The notes under the pieces: model-generated
Seen by the model: the letters and a program-made list of their open reading frames with translations, nothing else
Told to the model about the DNA's origin: nothing
Databases searched by the model: none
Assembly (NCBI GenBank): GCA_965240325.2
Contig: OZ251226.1
Coordinates: forward strand, 744,001-808,000
DNA from: Rebecca billardiae RCC1528
Taxonomy: Eukaryota > Protista > Haptophyta
Reading direction: 5' to 3'
Length of the DNA stretch: 64,000 bases
Part shown: positions 34,155-46,609 of the stretch, one piece after another
Numbering within the stretch: position 1 is the first letter of the stretch
How the letters are laid out: each line of letters opens with the position of its first letter
Program-made: the position numbers and the translations under genes

Positions 34155-35573
34155 TTAGGCTGCGTTGGCCGCACGCGTGCCGTGAAGCGTTACAAACTCA
34201 TGCGCAAGTGCTGCGAGGGTGGCCCCACCAACGGCCGCAGTGATTCGGGTGCTCGGAGGCCGCGCGACGATCCAGACGAGCGCGCGAGCCGCGGGCACCG
34301 TCACCACCGGCACGAGTCCAAGAGAGAGCGAGCGCGTCGCTGCGCGCGCACTGGTCTCATCGCGCCAGCCCATGCACGGCGCAAGGAGAGCATGGGCAAC
34401 AATGGCCAGCACGCAGAGCTCTATGAACGGCCAGCTGCGCGAGTCGCGCGCGGCGGCGGTGACGACGAGGGCGGCTATGGCTGCGACGCGCTCAAACGCG
34501 TTCGCAAAGCCGAGCAGCACGCCGCGCATGGCGTCGTGCGCCGCGCGAGCAGGGGCGAGCAGCAGCGCGCTGCGGACGTGCGTGCTGTCCTCATGCCCAG
34601 CGCTCGTTTCCGCGTGCCTCGTGCATCCGGCGGCGATGTCGCCAGCCAGTGCGCCCGTCGCATCATGCGCCATCGGCGGGGGCAGCACCCGCTGAAGCGC
34701 GAGCTCCAGGGCGAGGCCGCAAAGCAAGCCCACCGCCACGGCGATCGCCGCTGAGGCTCGGGCGCGGGGCAGGGCCTTGTTGCTACTGCCGCGTGCAGTG
34801 GCCTGCAGGGCCATGGCGCCAGCCATCGCGAGCAGAGCGGGCGTGCGCAGCACGGCAGCGGCGCACGCAAGCACACCCGATGCGAGCGCCACTCGACCAG
34901 CGACGTGCAGCGCGAGCGCGCACGCCACGCAACTGGTGGACAGATGGTGCGCGGCGCTCGGCGCCGTCAGCGGCAGCAGCCAGCGCAGCTGGGTGGAGAG
35001 CAGGCAAACGTATGCCTGCGCTGTGTGCACGCCGAAGCGCCGAGCCAGGCGGGTGTCCACGTGCACAACTGCGCCAACGACGCCACCGAGAACGAGCATG
35101 CTCCACTGCACGGAGCTGGGGCGCGCGCTCCAGCGCGCGAGCGCAAGCGCCACTCGCGTGAGCGCGCGCGCCCCACTGGATGCGTGCACAGCCTCGCACG
35201 GGGGTCCAGCAGGGGCAGGGCTCGTTTCGATGCGCGCTCCGAGCACAACGCCGAAGAGAAGCCCGCGCAACGCCACACGACTCGGCCGGCACCACTGCCG
35301 AAGCTCGCGCTCGCTCGGCCCCGGCCAGCTCGCCGCTGGAGCAGCCCACGTGCCCTTGTCCTTCGCCCCCTCGTCCTCATCCTCCTGCGCAGGGGCGGAT
35401 GATATGTCCTCGTCCTCGTCCTCGTCGCTTACTAGCATATCGCTGTCATCCTCCTCCGTGTCCTCGTCGTCGGCCTCCTCGCCGTCCTCCTCCTCCTCCT
35501 CCCCCTCCCCATCCTCCTCCTTCTCCTCCTCCTCCTCCACCTCCACAAAGCGCGGCGGGGCGACGGCCGCCAT
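34155..35573 (-). CDS. Hypothetical multi-pass membrane protein with acidic N-terminus
   Basis: Long open frame with a poly-E/D tract then several hydrophobic segments. Divergent from ITPK1. No family recognised; start uncertain. Confidence 0.55.
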   Translation of the reverse strand: MAAVAPPRFVEVEEEEEKEEDGEGEEEEEDGEEADDEDTEEDDSDMLVSDEDEDEDISSAPAQEDEDEGAKDKGTWAAPAASWPGPSERELRQWCRPSRVALRGLLFGVVLGARIETSPAPAGPPCEAVHASSGARALTRVALALARWSARPSSVQWSMLVLGGVVGAVVHVDTRLARRFGVHTAQAYVCLLSTQLRWLLPLTAPSAAHHLSTSCVACALALHVAGRVALASGVLACAAAVLRTPALLAMAGAMALQATARGSSNKALPRARASAAIAVAVGLLCGLALELALQRVLPPPMAHDATGALAGDIAAGCTRHAETSAGHEDSTHVRSALLLAPARAAHDAMRGVLLGFANAFERVAAIAALVVTAAARDSRSWPFIELCVLAIVAHALLAPCMGWRDETSARAATRSLSLGLVPVVTVPAARALVWIVARPPSTRITAAVGGATLAALAHEFVTLHGTRAANAA

Positions 35574-35968
35574 CGCAGCGGGTGGTGGCGTCCGCAATTC
35601 GTCTGCACTCTCGCGCGCGCGCAATCTTTTTGTCGACGAAATCTCGGGAAGTCGTTCGGAGTCGGAAAGCTCGGCGATCGACGTGGGACCAGGAGCTTTT
35701 CGGCCGCGACGAAATTCATCATCGCGTCTTCTGCCGGCGCTCGCGAGAATTCCGGCGCGGCCGGCTCGTGCTTGACGAGCCGGGGCTGTCCGGTGTCGCG
35801 GCTCATTGTGTGGCCACCAGAGCCTTCGGTTGGTGCTCGACACAAAGGGCAGGCAGCTTGGCCGGCCGCGGGAAAGCGCGAGAGCTGGGAGCGAACAACT
35901 GTCGCGCGGCTTCGATGCCGGTCCCAGCCTGATCACTCAGCGCGCGACGAGAACTACGCACGGACGGC

Positions 35969-37156
35969 ATGATCGTGGTGGGGGTGTTGCTGCCGGATAA
36001 GGTTGTGAAGAAGCTGACACCGTGCCTGACCAACGACGACGATCGCGTGCGCTTCGTCAGGCTCGACGCTTCGCGCCCGCTCGACACGCAGCCGCGCGTC
36101 GACGTGATCGTGCACAAGCTCGCGCATGACATTGCTGCGAACCGCGCGGATGGCGAGGGCGAGTCGCCGTACATCATCGCATTGCGCGCGCACCTGCGCG
36201 ATAACCCGAACATTGTGGCTATCGAGAGCCTACGCAACGCCGAGCTGCTCAGCGACCGCGCGGCCATGTGCCTCACGCTGCAGGCTGCCATCGATGTCGG
36301 CTACAGGATGCAGCAGCCACGGTTCGCCATCGCACGCAGCGGCTTTGCGGGCGATTTGGTGGAGGCCGTGGACGTCGCAGGGCTGAGCTACCCGCTGGTG
36401 ATCAAGCCGGTCCTCGCATGCGGCCGCGCCGACACGCACGAGCTCGCCCTCGTCACCGGGCGCGAGGCGCTCCTGCACGCGCACACGATGTGGCGCATGC
36501 CCGTGGTTGCGCAGGAGCTGGTGGAGCACGATGGGTACGTGCTCAAGGGGTACGTGACGGGGCGCTACCTGCACGTGTCCACGCGCCGCTCGCTGCCGAG
36601 CGCGAGGGTACTCCTCTCTCTCGGCCCGCGAGTCATCACCTTCGACTCGCAGCGCCCGCTGCCTGCGGACTGCGAGGTGCTGCGCGCGGACGAGGCGAGC
36701 CGCGCGTTCGCCTTGAGCGGAGGCGCCGCGGGCGCGCCGTACGCGCTGCCGGGAGTGCACATCGACGATGTGCGCCGGGCGATCGGCCCGGTGGAGGGGA
36801 TCGCGCGCCCCGCGCAGCGCGAGCTTGGCGACGCGCAGACGCGCGTGATGCGCCAGGTGGCGGACTCGATCAGCGACGCGTTCGGCGGCCTGCACATGTT
36901 CGGCTTCGACGTCGTGATCGAGGAGCCGACCGGCGAGTTCCACGTGGTCGACCTGAACGCACTGCCGCACAGCGCGCAGACGGTGCCCGGGCTGTCGCAG
37001 ATGTTCAAGGACACGTGCATCCGCGCGCACGAGCACCACACGCTCGTGCGCTTCCTGCGCGCGCGCTGGACGGCGGCCAACGCCAACGCCGACGCACCGA
37101 CCGAGGCGCCAACGTCACCGCCGACCGCACCCATCGCGTACCCACCCCCGAGCTGA
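35969..37156 (+). CDS. ITPK1: Inositol-tetrakisphosphate 1-kinase (ITPK1, ATP-grasp)
   Basis: DVIVHKL, YPLVIKP..ACG....HEL, PVVAQE.V.H.G.V.K.YV.G, R.SLP, FGFDVV......F.VVDLN..P. Confidence 0.88.
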   Translation: MIVVGVLLPDKVVKKLTPCLTNDDDRVRFVRLDASRPLDTQPRVDVIVHKLAHDIAANRADGEGESPYIIALRAHLRDNPNIVAIESLRNAELLSDRAAMCLTLQAAIDVGYRMQQPRFAIARSGFAGDLVEAVDVAGLSYPLVIKPVLACGRADTHELALVTGREALLHAHTMWRMPVVAQELVEHDGYVLKGYVTGRYLHVSTRRSLPSARVLLSLGPRVITFDSQRPLPADCEVLRADEASRAFALSGGAAGAPYALPGVHIDDVRRAIGPVEGIARPAQRELGDAQTRVMRQVADSISDAFGGLHMFGFDVVIEEPTGEFHVVDLNALPHSAQTVPGLSQMFKDTCIRAHEHHTLVRFLRARWTAANANADAPTEAPTSPPTAPIAYPPPS

Positions 37157-38068
37157 AGGTGAAGCAGTGCGCACGGCGGATTCGCACACGGCTCGCTCTC
37201 GTGGTGGATGTTTGGCTTGCGGCGGCAGCTGGGCCGTGTGCAGCTTGCGAGGGTGCGAGGCCAGTTGGGCGCCTCGAAAAGGGTGTGTCCTCGGTGTGGA
37301 GTCTGTGTCAGGCCGGCCGCCGCCCAGCTCAGGCATGCTGTTGTTTGTGGACCCGCTGTCCGCCGTGGGCGTGAGAGGGCAGTCCGTATGCCGATTCGGC
37401 GACCGATCATAGCCATGCACTCATTGACTCACTCATGATTCATCTCCGCGGGGTCCGCAACGCCGCAGGACTCCTGTGGTCGACGACGGCCCGCACTCTG
37501 ATTAACTCCTCGGCCGGCCCTGATCCTGACGGGCCCCAGCCGCGCCCGATGGCTACTGTACACAGGTTCGGCGGAAAGTTGGGTCAGCAGCCACAACATG
37601 TTTCGCGAATCGTCAGGAGCGCAGACCGGCGGCGACTCGGAGAGTCCCGGAGAGTCCCGGGCGGGCCGCGCATCACTGGGCATTAGGACTCTAGATCTTG
37701 TCGTCTAGCTAGCACGGATCGGCATACGATGCCGCCCGATTCTCGGAGTCGCACAGCCTGTGCAAGGCCGTGTCACGCGCCAGGTGAAAGCTGTGGGTGG
37801 TACGTAGCAACTTAGCCAGTTGCTCATGAGAACCGACCCGGCTGCGGGCGCGGTGGCTCCATGCTCATGCCGCGCGGCCCGAGCGAATGCCCATTGCAGC
37901 GACTCGCCGCTCGCGGCGAGTCCGGTCCTGCTGGATCCCTGAGCTCGCCAATAATCAGGTCTGCCGGCCGGGGCGGCGTCTCTCCTCGGCCAAACCGTCG
38001 TCAGTGCGAACTGCGAACTCGGATGCACGCATCAAACCGGCCGGGAAAGCTGGGCGCGACGGGCCACC

Positions 38069-39784
38069 ATGGGAGCATGCTGCTCGGCGGGAGCGTACCA
38101 CGCGATGGCGGAGGAGCGCGCGCAATCGATGACGGTAGACGAGGCGTTCGCTCTGCTTGACGGCGCAGACGCGCACGGTCAGCGCGGCGCGTTCATCTTT
38201 GAGGTCGCTCACGCGCGGCCCGGTGTGGGCGACGAGGCATCCAGCAGTGCGCGGTTCATGCTGCAGCTCGATGAGGAGAGCAACCGCACGCGTGTGACTG
38301 ACGTGTCTGCAGTGGACATGAGTAAATTCCCCACCCCGACTGCCTCGGTCAAGTACCACTCTGCCGCGATCTTCTTCGCCGAGGCGCGCGGCGAGGTGGG
38401 CGCGACTGCCTACCTACGCGGCTGGATTGAGGTGAAGGGCGATCTGACGGCCGCGCAGGGGCTCGAGCCGGTCTTCGAGCCGCTCACGCGCGCGCTTGCA
38501 AAGACGCCAGACAGCGCCGGGGCGAAAGGCGACGCTGGCGTCTCGATCGAAGAGGCGGAGGCGCTCGACGCCGAGAGCAAAGCCGCGCTCCCGCACCCAC
38601 CTTGGTATAGTGTGCACACTGCCGCATGGTGGCGGCGGCACTTCGGGACGGACATGCTCGTGGGCAACTGGCTGACGCTGGCCGGCGTGCTGATTTGGTT
38701 CATGGATACCCTCTTGCCCATGGTGCAGGCCGGCGGGCGCGGCACCGGGCTGGACTGGGCCAACCTCAGCGCAGCGGCTGGTTTCGTAAGTGCGTTCGGG
38801 CTCCTCGCAGAGGTCTCTTACCCGGAGAACATCATCGCCATATTTGACGAGCTGCTGGCGAGCGAGGGCGCAGCCCGGGCGGATGCCCCGCCGCCCACGT
38901 GCATGGCGCGCTTCCTCGGCCTGTTCGGCTCCAACGCGATGGCACAGGGCATGAATTTGATGAATCTATGTGCGCGCGCGCGCTGTGCGCGGCTGTGCAC
39001 GGCTCACGGCGGCAGGCATGAGGAACAGCGCGCATGCGCGTGTGCGCCTCCTTACGCGCACGCGGGCCGGCAGCTGACGCATCCGAGTGCGCACGCGCGC
39101 CCTCCCCCGCCCTTCCGCAGCAATGCTGCCGTACATAGTGTGGGCGCTCAGTCTGTTCGTGCTGCGCGGCATCGGCAGCCTGCTCGGCTGGGGCGTGCTC
39201 CTCGGCATCGCGGCGTTCATGCCGGGGCTGGCGCTGATGGCCCTCTCGATGCGCGACGACTCCATGCGCGAGATGGCGCGCGGCGGGCCCGGCTCGCGCA
39301 CCTTTGCTCAGTTCGCCGAGAGCTCGAGCTGTATGCGCCTGATATGCTGCGGCCTGTGCGGATGCGGACCTGGCTCCAAGGCCTTTGAGAAGCACTTTGG
39401 CAACGACTCGAGAGCGGGGATGTGGTGCGTGCACGCGCCGCGGCGCAGAAGGGCCCTCCGGTCGTGCTGCTTGCTCGCTCCGATGCATGAGTCGCAGCCG
39501 CCTCCCGCGCATCGCGCGCGCGTGCCACTGCACCTTGCGAGCTGGACACTCACCCGTCCATACCCTGCCGCCGCCGCCCACCGCCGCCCTGGCGCAGGTA
39601 CTTTCTCCTCTTCATGCTGCCGCTGCTGCCACTTGTGGTGCTGGGCGTGGTGGCCGCACCGCTCTCGCTGCGCGCGCATGCGGGGTTCTGGGAAGTGACG
39701 CTTCTCACGGCGGGCCTGGGCCTGCAGCTTCGCGCACAATACCCAGAGTACATGAACAAGTCGATCTGCATCGACGGCCTCTGA
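38069..39784 (+). CDS. SCP2-like N-terminal domain fused to a duplicated membrane domain; introns 38970-39120, 39425-39597
   Basis: MGACC N-terminus; A.YLRGWIEVKGDL..A..L resembles the SCP2 C-terminal motif; two repeats of HFG.D...G.W...YPE..; introns frame-consistent. Confidence 0.7.
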
Positions 39785-40513
39785 ACTTTGCAGTTGCAGC
39801 CACATCTTTTCAGCCTGATGAATCGGCCGAGTGCTCGCGTCGATCGAGGCCGCTCGCTACTGCTGTTGACCGGTTTCCGAAGGCTGAGCCTGATGTGAGT
39901 CAGGCTGGTCCTAGCGGTACCCGTTGCCAAGTCCCCGACTAGTAGAGTCGGGTCTGGTGAGTGGTCACTGGTCACTCCCTACCCCCGGCCGGGCCCGGGG
40001 CTACCGCCACCGGGCCCGGGGAGCCCTAGGCCGCCTAGTTTGAGTAGCCTAGTAGTAGTAGTACGGTAGTAGGGCGAGTAGGCCCCTATATCCGCGCATA
40101 TGCTCCGTCTGATAAGCAGCTCAGATGTGCTGCGCGCGAGTAGTGTAATATTTCAGTGGCTGACACGATCGTTCATCGGAACCGTGCGCCGCTGCGCTGC
40201 GTTATATGAATGGGCTGCTGATGCTCCGTGTCAGTCATTAGATACTGCATCTGATATAGCAGTTGGCGTCGTCGAGGGCAGTGCCTGCGCGGCTGCGCGC
40301 ACGCAGCGAAAAAAAACCCAAAAATGCGCCGGTGACATCGCGCGAGGCTCTGGATCTGCTGCGCTGTTTTCGCGGAGCGGATGAATTTCGCTGCTGACAA
40401 TACCGTCGTCGTATATCCATCATCAATTCTTTATTGTCTGATCGATCGAGGCCGCCATCGTCGATGATGTGGCGGGTAGGGCTCGAAGGGGCTCCACACC
40501 CGGCTGCCCCACC

Positions 40514-41932
40514 ATGACCAGGCCTTCCTTGCGAGAGCTGCATGTCTCCGCACGCGTGGACGAGGCGGCGGTGGCCACGCGCATCCTCGCGCACGAGCTT
40601 GGCTCTGTCGAGGGCTCGCTCACGCGCTCACGTGAACGCCTCCGTGCCTTGAAGCTCGAGCGCCACGATCAGCGCGAGCTGGTGGGACAGACGCTGCAGA
40701 TGGCTCTCGCAGGCTGCCAGGGGCGCGTGCGAGAGGTGGAGGAGGAGCTGGCGCGGCAGCAGCACGAGTCCGCCGAGAGCATCGCGCAGCTCGAGCAGGA
40801 GCTCGCGCTCGAGCGGCGTATGCGCGCCATGGAGAACAATCGCGACGACGACAGCACGGGCGGCCAGCAAGGCGGCTCGTTCAGGCAAGCGATGGCACCA
40901 AAGCGCACCAGCCCGCTAGTCAAGCGCGCGGGCTCGGAGATACGCAGAATAGCAGAGCTCGAGAATGAGTTGCAGGCGATGCACGTCAAGGTGGATATGC
41001 AGAAAAAGGAGATCGAAGCGCTGCATGCGGCTGCGGCCGATGGCACCGGGCGCATGCGAGCGGACAGTGAGGCGAGTGCGCAGGTGGTCAGCGCACGCGT
41101 GGGCGGCATGAGAGACATCGAGAGTGCGCGCCCGCCCCGCGCTCTCCGCGCGCGCGCCGACGCCACCACCCTCGCCCACGCGCACACGCCGCCCCGCGCG
41201 TCCGCGCCCCGCCTTCCGCCCTGCCGCGCAGACGCCATCGCAGTGCAGCAGCGCGAGTTCAAGCTGCGCATTGCAGAGCTCGAGCGCGACTCCGCCGCCA
41301 CCATCTCGGGGCTGGAGGAGAGGTTGCGCTCGCTGCAGGGGGAGCTGGCGGAGGCGCGCGCGTCGATCGGCGCGAAGGAGGGCGAGATTGTCGCGTGCGA
41401 GCGCGCCGCCGACACGGCGCGCTCGCAGCTCTCTGAGGCGGAGGCGGTGCTCGAGCGGCGCGAGTCGGACGTGAAGCAGCTGACCTCGCAGCTGCAGGTG
41501 TGCATCCTCGAGCTGAAGCACCTCTCCGAGAAGTCGAGAGAAGCGCACAGCCACCAGCGCCACGTGCTCGGAGGCGCGTACGATGCGGCGGCGGCTGTCG
41601 AACGGCGGCTCACCGCGGAGATGTCGCGACCGCCCATCTGGAGGCGGGACGCGGCGGCGGCGCTGCGCCACTCGCCGACAGAGCAGAGGCAGCAGCTGCG
41701 TGCGTTTGGTGGCACGGCCGCGGCGGGTGGGGAGAACGGCGGGGCTGGCCCCGGGGGCAGCGGCAGCGCCGGCTCCTCGATGCATGGCGCTGCCAGGTTC
41801 GGGCGCGATAGCGATGGCGCCGCCTCGCCGAGCACGCCGGCAGATGCTGTTGCTCGTCGCGAGGGCAGCGCGGCGATCGGCGCGACGCGGTCACGGTCTG
41901 CGGGAGCCTCGCAAGGCACGTGGACGTTGTGA
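40514..41932 (+). CDS. Coiled-coil protein; probable in-frame intron 41124-41231
   Basis: E/L/R/Q-rich heptad-like segments interrupted by a GC-rich GTGCGC...CGCAG stretch. Confidence 0.7.
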   Translation: MTRPSLRELHVSARVDEAAVATRILAHELGSVEGSLTRSRERLRALKLERHDQRELVGQTLQMALAGCQGRVREVEEELARQQHESAESIAQLEQELALERRMRAMENNRDDDSTGGQQGGSFRQAMAPKRTSPLVKRAGSEIRRIAELENELQAMHVKVDMQKKEIEALHAAAADGTGRMRADSEASAQVVSARVGGMRDIESARPPRALRARADATTLAHAHTPPRASAPRLPPCRADAIAVQQREFKLRIAELERDSAATISGLEERLRSLQGELAEARASIGAKEGEIVACERAADTARSQLSEAEAVLERRESDVKQLTSQLQVCILELKHLSEKSREAHSHQRHVLGGAYDAAAAVERRLTAEMSRPPIWRRDAAAALRHSPTEQRQQLRAFGGTAAAGGENGGAGPGGSGSAGSSMHGAARFGRDSDGAASPSTPADAVARREGSAAIGATRSRSAGASQGTWTL

Positions 41933-42258
41933 ATGCAGTCTCAGCGCCCTTTGGTCCGACGGTCGGACGGTGGCGGCCGGTGATCGCACTGCGGCCGGCA
42001 GTTGCTGGGCGGCTGATGAGGAGGAGTCCGACGTCTTCGATTCCGATGCAGCTCTCGCGCTAGGGCCGCTAGGTCGAGGATGTAGATTGTACGTAGTACG
42101 GTCAGTCAACAATCATGGGCTTTTGGGCGGCGGGAATCTGAAATTGAAATCCTCAAATCAATGCCATTGTCATCAGACGTACCGTCTGCCGAACCTGGAA
42201 ACCACGACCCGAATTTTAATGAACGACTGTCGAGCGCCCGCCGTTGAGACAAATAGAC

Positions 42259-43907
42259 ATGGCCCCGCGATGGTCCGCGCGCGCCTTACTCGCGGTCTTA
42301 CTTGCGTCTCTCGTCCGTCAGGGCACGCCGCTGAACCCCTCAGCGCGCCCTGCGCCACGGGCACGGAGATGCATGCTGCAGAGGATGCAGGTCTCCGTCG
42401 GTGACGGCATGCCGTCCACGCCGGGTTGGGAGCCAGGGCAGCTCGACAGGCTCACCGACTGGGCCGTGAATGAAGAGGCGAATCGCCCGATCATCTGCGA
42501 GTACAAGCCCGACGCATTCTGGCTGTGGTCGCGATATCGTGGCACCGTACTCTCGCTGACCGTCGGCCCGGTGGCGCTGACCATGCTGCTCAGCGTCGGC
42601 GTCGACTTGTACTCGCACCAGCATGCGGCCGCTTCTTGGCCGCTGCACGTGCTTCCGCCCCGGGAGGAAAACTTGATCCAGGGGCTCCTGGCCGTGAACA
42701 AGCTGTGGGAGTACCAGCTGACACTCGCCACCTTCATCCTGACCTTCTTCACCTCGCAGGCGTACACGTACTGGCGCAACGTCTATTTCTGCGCGCGCGC
42801 CATCCAGGGCCGCATCAACGACATCTGCATGCTCCTCACGATGGGCGCGGCGCGGACCCATCACACGGTCGATGGGGGCGGAGGAGGCGTGGTCGGCGAG
42901 GGTCCTGGCGGGGGGCTGAACGCGTCCAGCTACACAGGCGAGGCACGGAGCATGGTGCGAAGGTGCACCCGGCTCATCAGGATGTCACATGTGCGCTGCG
43001 TGCGCGCGCGCGCCGACTGCCGAGCGTTCGCGGCCGGCGCTGCGTGCGGGTAGGGCTGCCCCCCTTCTCTCACACTCACACGCCCGCGCTCTCTCCGCGC
43101 GCTCGCCCGCGGTCTGCTTCGCCTCGACCTCGCCAGACGTTCTTCTGGGCCGCGACGCCCACGTGCTCCAACGGCCTCGCCGGCCTCGGCGATGAGGAGG
43201 AGAAGGCGATCCAGGCGGGGATCGACTTCATCGGTCCGCTGCTGCTGAGCGCGGAGGGGCTGGAGGGGCTCGTGCGCGCGGGGGAGCTGAGCGACGTGGA
43301 GATGGAGGCGCTGCTCGGCTCAGGGCTGCCCCCGTCACAGTACGCCTACGTCCTGCTGGAGTGGGTCGGCCTGTGCGCCATGGACGGCATGCAGCGCGGC
43401 TGGCTCCGGAGCGGCGCGGGCCTCGAGGACAACCTGATGCGGCAGCTCACCGGCCTGCGCGCGGAGTACTTCAACATCGGCGACTACGCCTCCGGGCGCA
43501 TGCCCGTGGCCTACGTGCAGCTTGTGGAGGTGCTCGTCGACTCGCTGGTCCTCCTCGCGCCCTTCGCCCTGTACCCCGAGCTCGGCTCGCTCACCGTCCC
43601 CGCCACCGGACTGCTCACGCTCTTCTTTAAGGGGCTGCTCGAGCTCTCAAAGAGCTTCCTCGACCCCTTTGGCAACGAGGGCTACCCGGGGCAGAATATC
43701 CGCGTCGACGTGCTCGTGTCCGAGCTCAACTTTGGGGCAGCGAGCCGTTGGATGAAGGCAGGCGCGGTGCTGCCCACCGGCGGGGACGCGGCCCCTGACG
43801 AGAGCCGCGGGCACATGAGTGTCTGGGAGCAGCGCTCGACTCGGCCGCGGGCGAGGTCGACCTCGCTGGGACCGCCGCAATCGCCATCACGCCGTCCCAA
43901 TCCGTGA
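42259..43907 (+). CDS. Bestrophin-family anion channel with signal peptide; intron 42991-43136
   Basis: W...RGTVL, TFILTFF..QAY.YW, R.IQGRINDI, RMP.AYVQLV.VLVD, GLLELSK.FLDPFG. Confidence 0.88.
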
Positions 43908-45133
43908 TGAGGGCAGAGGTGAGAGTGGTGAGACGACCAGACTCCAGAGTGCGGCAGAGGATATCTAAACCGTGGTTCGGTCTGCTGTCAAGCTCTCAGT
44001 GACACTGCCAACCCAGCACTGATAATCAGTTCGCACCGCGTCGCGTGGCGGTGATGTCATCAGTGAATCTTGAATTGCTACTTCAGATGCTCGCGCGCGG
44101 TCTGATGACTGAGTGTCAGAGTGACTCGTCTGTCGGCGTCAGCCGCGACCCTCGTCACGGTCGCCGTGACGCCGCGTCAGTCCGTCATCAGTGCAGTGAT
44201 GAGACATGTCAGACAATACATGAGCTAGTGAGTCGTCACTCGTCTGCTAACTAAGTCTGGCGGGCTCAGTGGCTCACTATAGTCGATAGTGCTCCGAGCG
44301 CAGGCCTGGCGCCCGCCGGCCCGTGGCACTGGCAAGGCCAAGGGCCGCGGCACGCTGACGCCGCCCGTGGGGCCGCCGTGGCGCCGCACGGCCGCACGCG
44401 GTGCCGCACGCCCTGACAGTGACAGTGACACTGACACGGCCGTCAGCACGGTGCCAGCACGACTGTCGACTCTGATCAGTAACTCTGAAGGTCCGGGACT
44501 GAACTCTGATAAGCCGCGGGCGCAGTGCATGAATGCGGGCGGGCCCGGCGTGCGCCGCACACGGCACATACGGGGCCCGGTGCCCGGTGCGGGCCCTGCC
44601 TGATCCGCCCCCCAATCCCCATGGCAGCCAGTAGTTAGCCACGCGCTGACACTACAGTACTACTAGTACTACAGTCTACTACCTTAGAGATAGAGTGATG
44701 TACAGACCTGGCAGTACAGTCCGGACGACGAGTGAACCGGACTCATACAGCGACTTACACGGCCAGGGGCAGGGTTCGTGCTGCATGACTGGCAGGTCAT
44801 CGACTGCTCCAATCCTGCTTACAGTGGACAGTGGTATCGACTGGAGTGTAGTCTGGGACTGAAGTCTGGACGACTCGGAACCTGCCCGACTGCCCGTTAC
44901 CTGGTGTAGACCTGGTGAGTGGCCGGCTGGCCAAAGGCACTCGGCCCAAGGCCGTGAGCACCAGACGCAAGCAACGGGCGGCTCGCCGCCGCTACCACTG
45001 GCTCGTTGCCCTGCCAGGGCGCCAGCCACGTGGACGAGGTGCATTGGGATGCCACTCGGCCTTGAGCGCCGTTGCCAACTGCTCGCAGCTGTGATGGGCT
45101 TGATTGAGCGACGCGCCGCGTGCGCGCAGCTCC

Positions 45134-46051
45134 TTACGACGATGATGGCTTGCCGGCCTTTTCTTCCTCTGCCGCCTGCTCCGCCTCGATCTCCGCGACG
45201 CGCGCGGCGACCTCCTCTTCCGTCAGCAGCCGCAGCGTCTCTCCGCGCGTCATCACAGCCACCTCGATGTTCTTGCTGCCCGACTCCACCACCTCCAGCA
45301 GCGCCTTGATGGTGAGCTTCACCGGGTCGGACACGCCGTCGTCGTACTTCTTCTCGAGGAACTCGCGCACGTTCTTCGCCTGCTTGCCCGTCGCCGTCGC
45401 CTTCCACGCCGAGTAGGTGCCGGACGGGTCCGTCTGATACAGCTGCGGCTCCCCCGCGGCGTCGAAGCCGCAGATCAAGAGCGAGATGCCGAACGGTCGC
45501 ACGCCTGGCCGCTGCGTGTACCGCTGCTGGATGCCCGCGACGTACCGCGCAATGTACTCGACGGAGGGCGCGTCCTCGAGGGTGAGGCGGTAGCTCTGGC
45601 ACTCGACGCGCGCGCGGTTGATGAGCACGCGCGCGTCCGCGGTCAGGCCCGCGAACGAGAGGCAGATCGAATCGTCCAGCTGGTGGATCTTGCGGATCGT
45701 GCGCGGATCCTGCAGCTTGGCGGTGCTCTTCTTCTCGACGCCGATCACGATCTGATCCTTGCCGCGCACACCCACGGCAGTGGTGCCCTTTTGCACCGCC
45801 TCCATCGCGTACTCCACCTGGAAGAGGTGGCCATCTGGCGAGAAGACAGTGATCGCCCTGCGCGAGGCGCGCAGCGATAGGTCGCGCGGGCGATGGCGCG
45901 ACGCGCGAGCTCACTCAGCGCGCGGCGAGGATCGGGACGGGAGACGCGGCCGAGTGCGCATGACAGGCGCGCGAGCGGGATGTGCCGGCGCGCGATGGGC
46001 CACCGGGTCGCCGCAACAGCTCGCGACGCACCGGTCATAGCGCGCTGACAT
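45134..46051 (-). CDS. PSMA7: 20S proteasome subunit alpha-4 (PSMA7/PRE6); intron 45858-46031
   Basis: MSARYDR|[65 protein letters not shown]. Confidence 0.97.
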
Positions 46052-46207
46052 GGCGGCTGCGCGCGTGAGCGAAGGCCCCCGCCGTGCGCCTGGCGTGGGG
46101 TCCGGTGCGCGTGCGTCCGGGAGTGGCACTGGCTGAGTGCCTCGCCCAGGCCCCAGCCGCCGGCGCACGGAGCGCCACGCTCGAGGGGGACACGCGCAGC
46201 GGCGCCG

Positions 46208-46609
46208 ATGAATCTGACGCAGCTGCTCACGCTTTCCTTCCTTGCCGTCTGCAGCATCTTCTTGCACATCTTCTCATGCGCCATCTATGACAACTGGTGG
46301 CCAGCCCTGGTGCTGCTGGCGTACGTGAGCTTGCCAGTGCCTCTGCTGATGTTTGCCATCCTGAAGGCAGGCAGCACAGACAGGAGCGGCCTGCACTGGG
46401 CGGAATTTGGCACCGCGTTTTTCTTCTCGAACGTCGTCGGCATTCCCTTCCTGCTGAAGCATGTTGGGCTCATCGAGGATGTTGGCGCCCTCGTACTCAG
46501 CCTTCTCGGCACCACCTTTGCACTTCTCGCCGTGGTCATGTACATATACTTCTCGGGCTCGGCGCAGGACCTGTACGCGATGCTTATGGGCGACAGCATG
46601 GTTGGATAG
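46208..46609 (+). CDS. VPS55: Vps55 / leptin receptor gene-related (LEPROT) family membrane protein
   Basis: 133 aa with four hydrophobic segments; SCAIYDNWWP...L.Y...P.P and P..L.H...I motifs. Confidence 0.85.
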   Translation: MNLTQLLTLSFLAVCSIFLHIFSCAIYDNWWPALVLLAYVSLPVPLLMFAILKAGSTDRSGLHWAEFGTAFFFSNVVGIPFLLKHVGLIEDVGALVLSLLGTTFALLAVVMYIYFSGSAQDLYAMLMGDSMVG

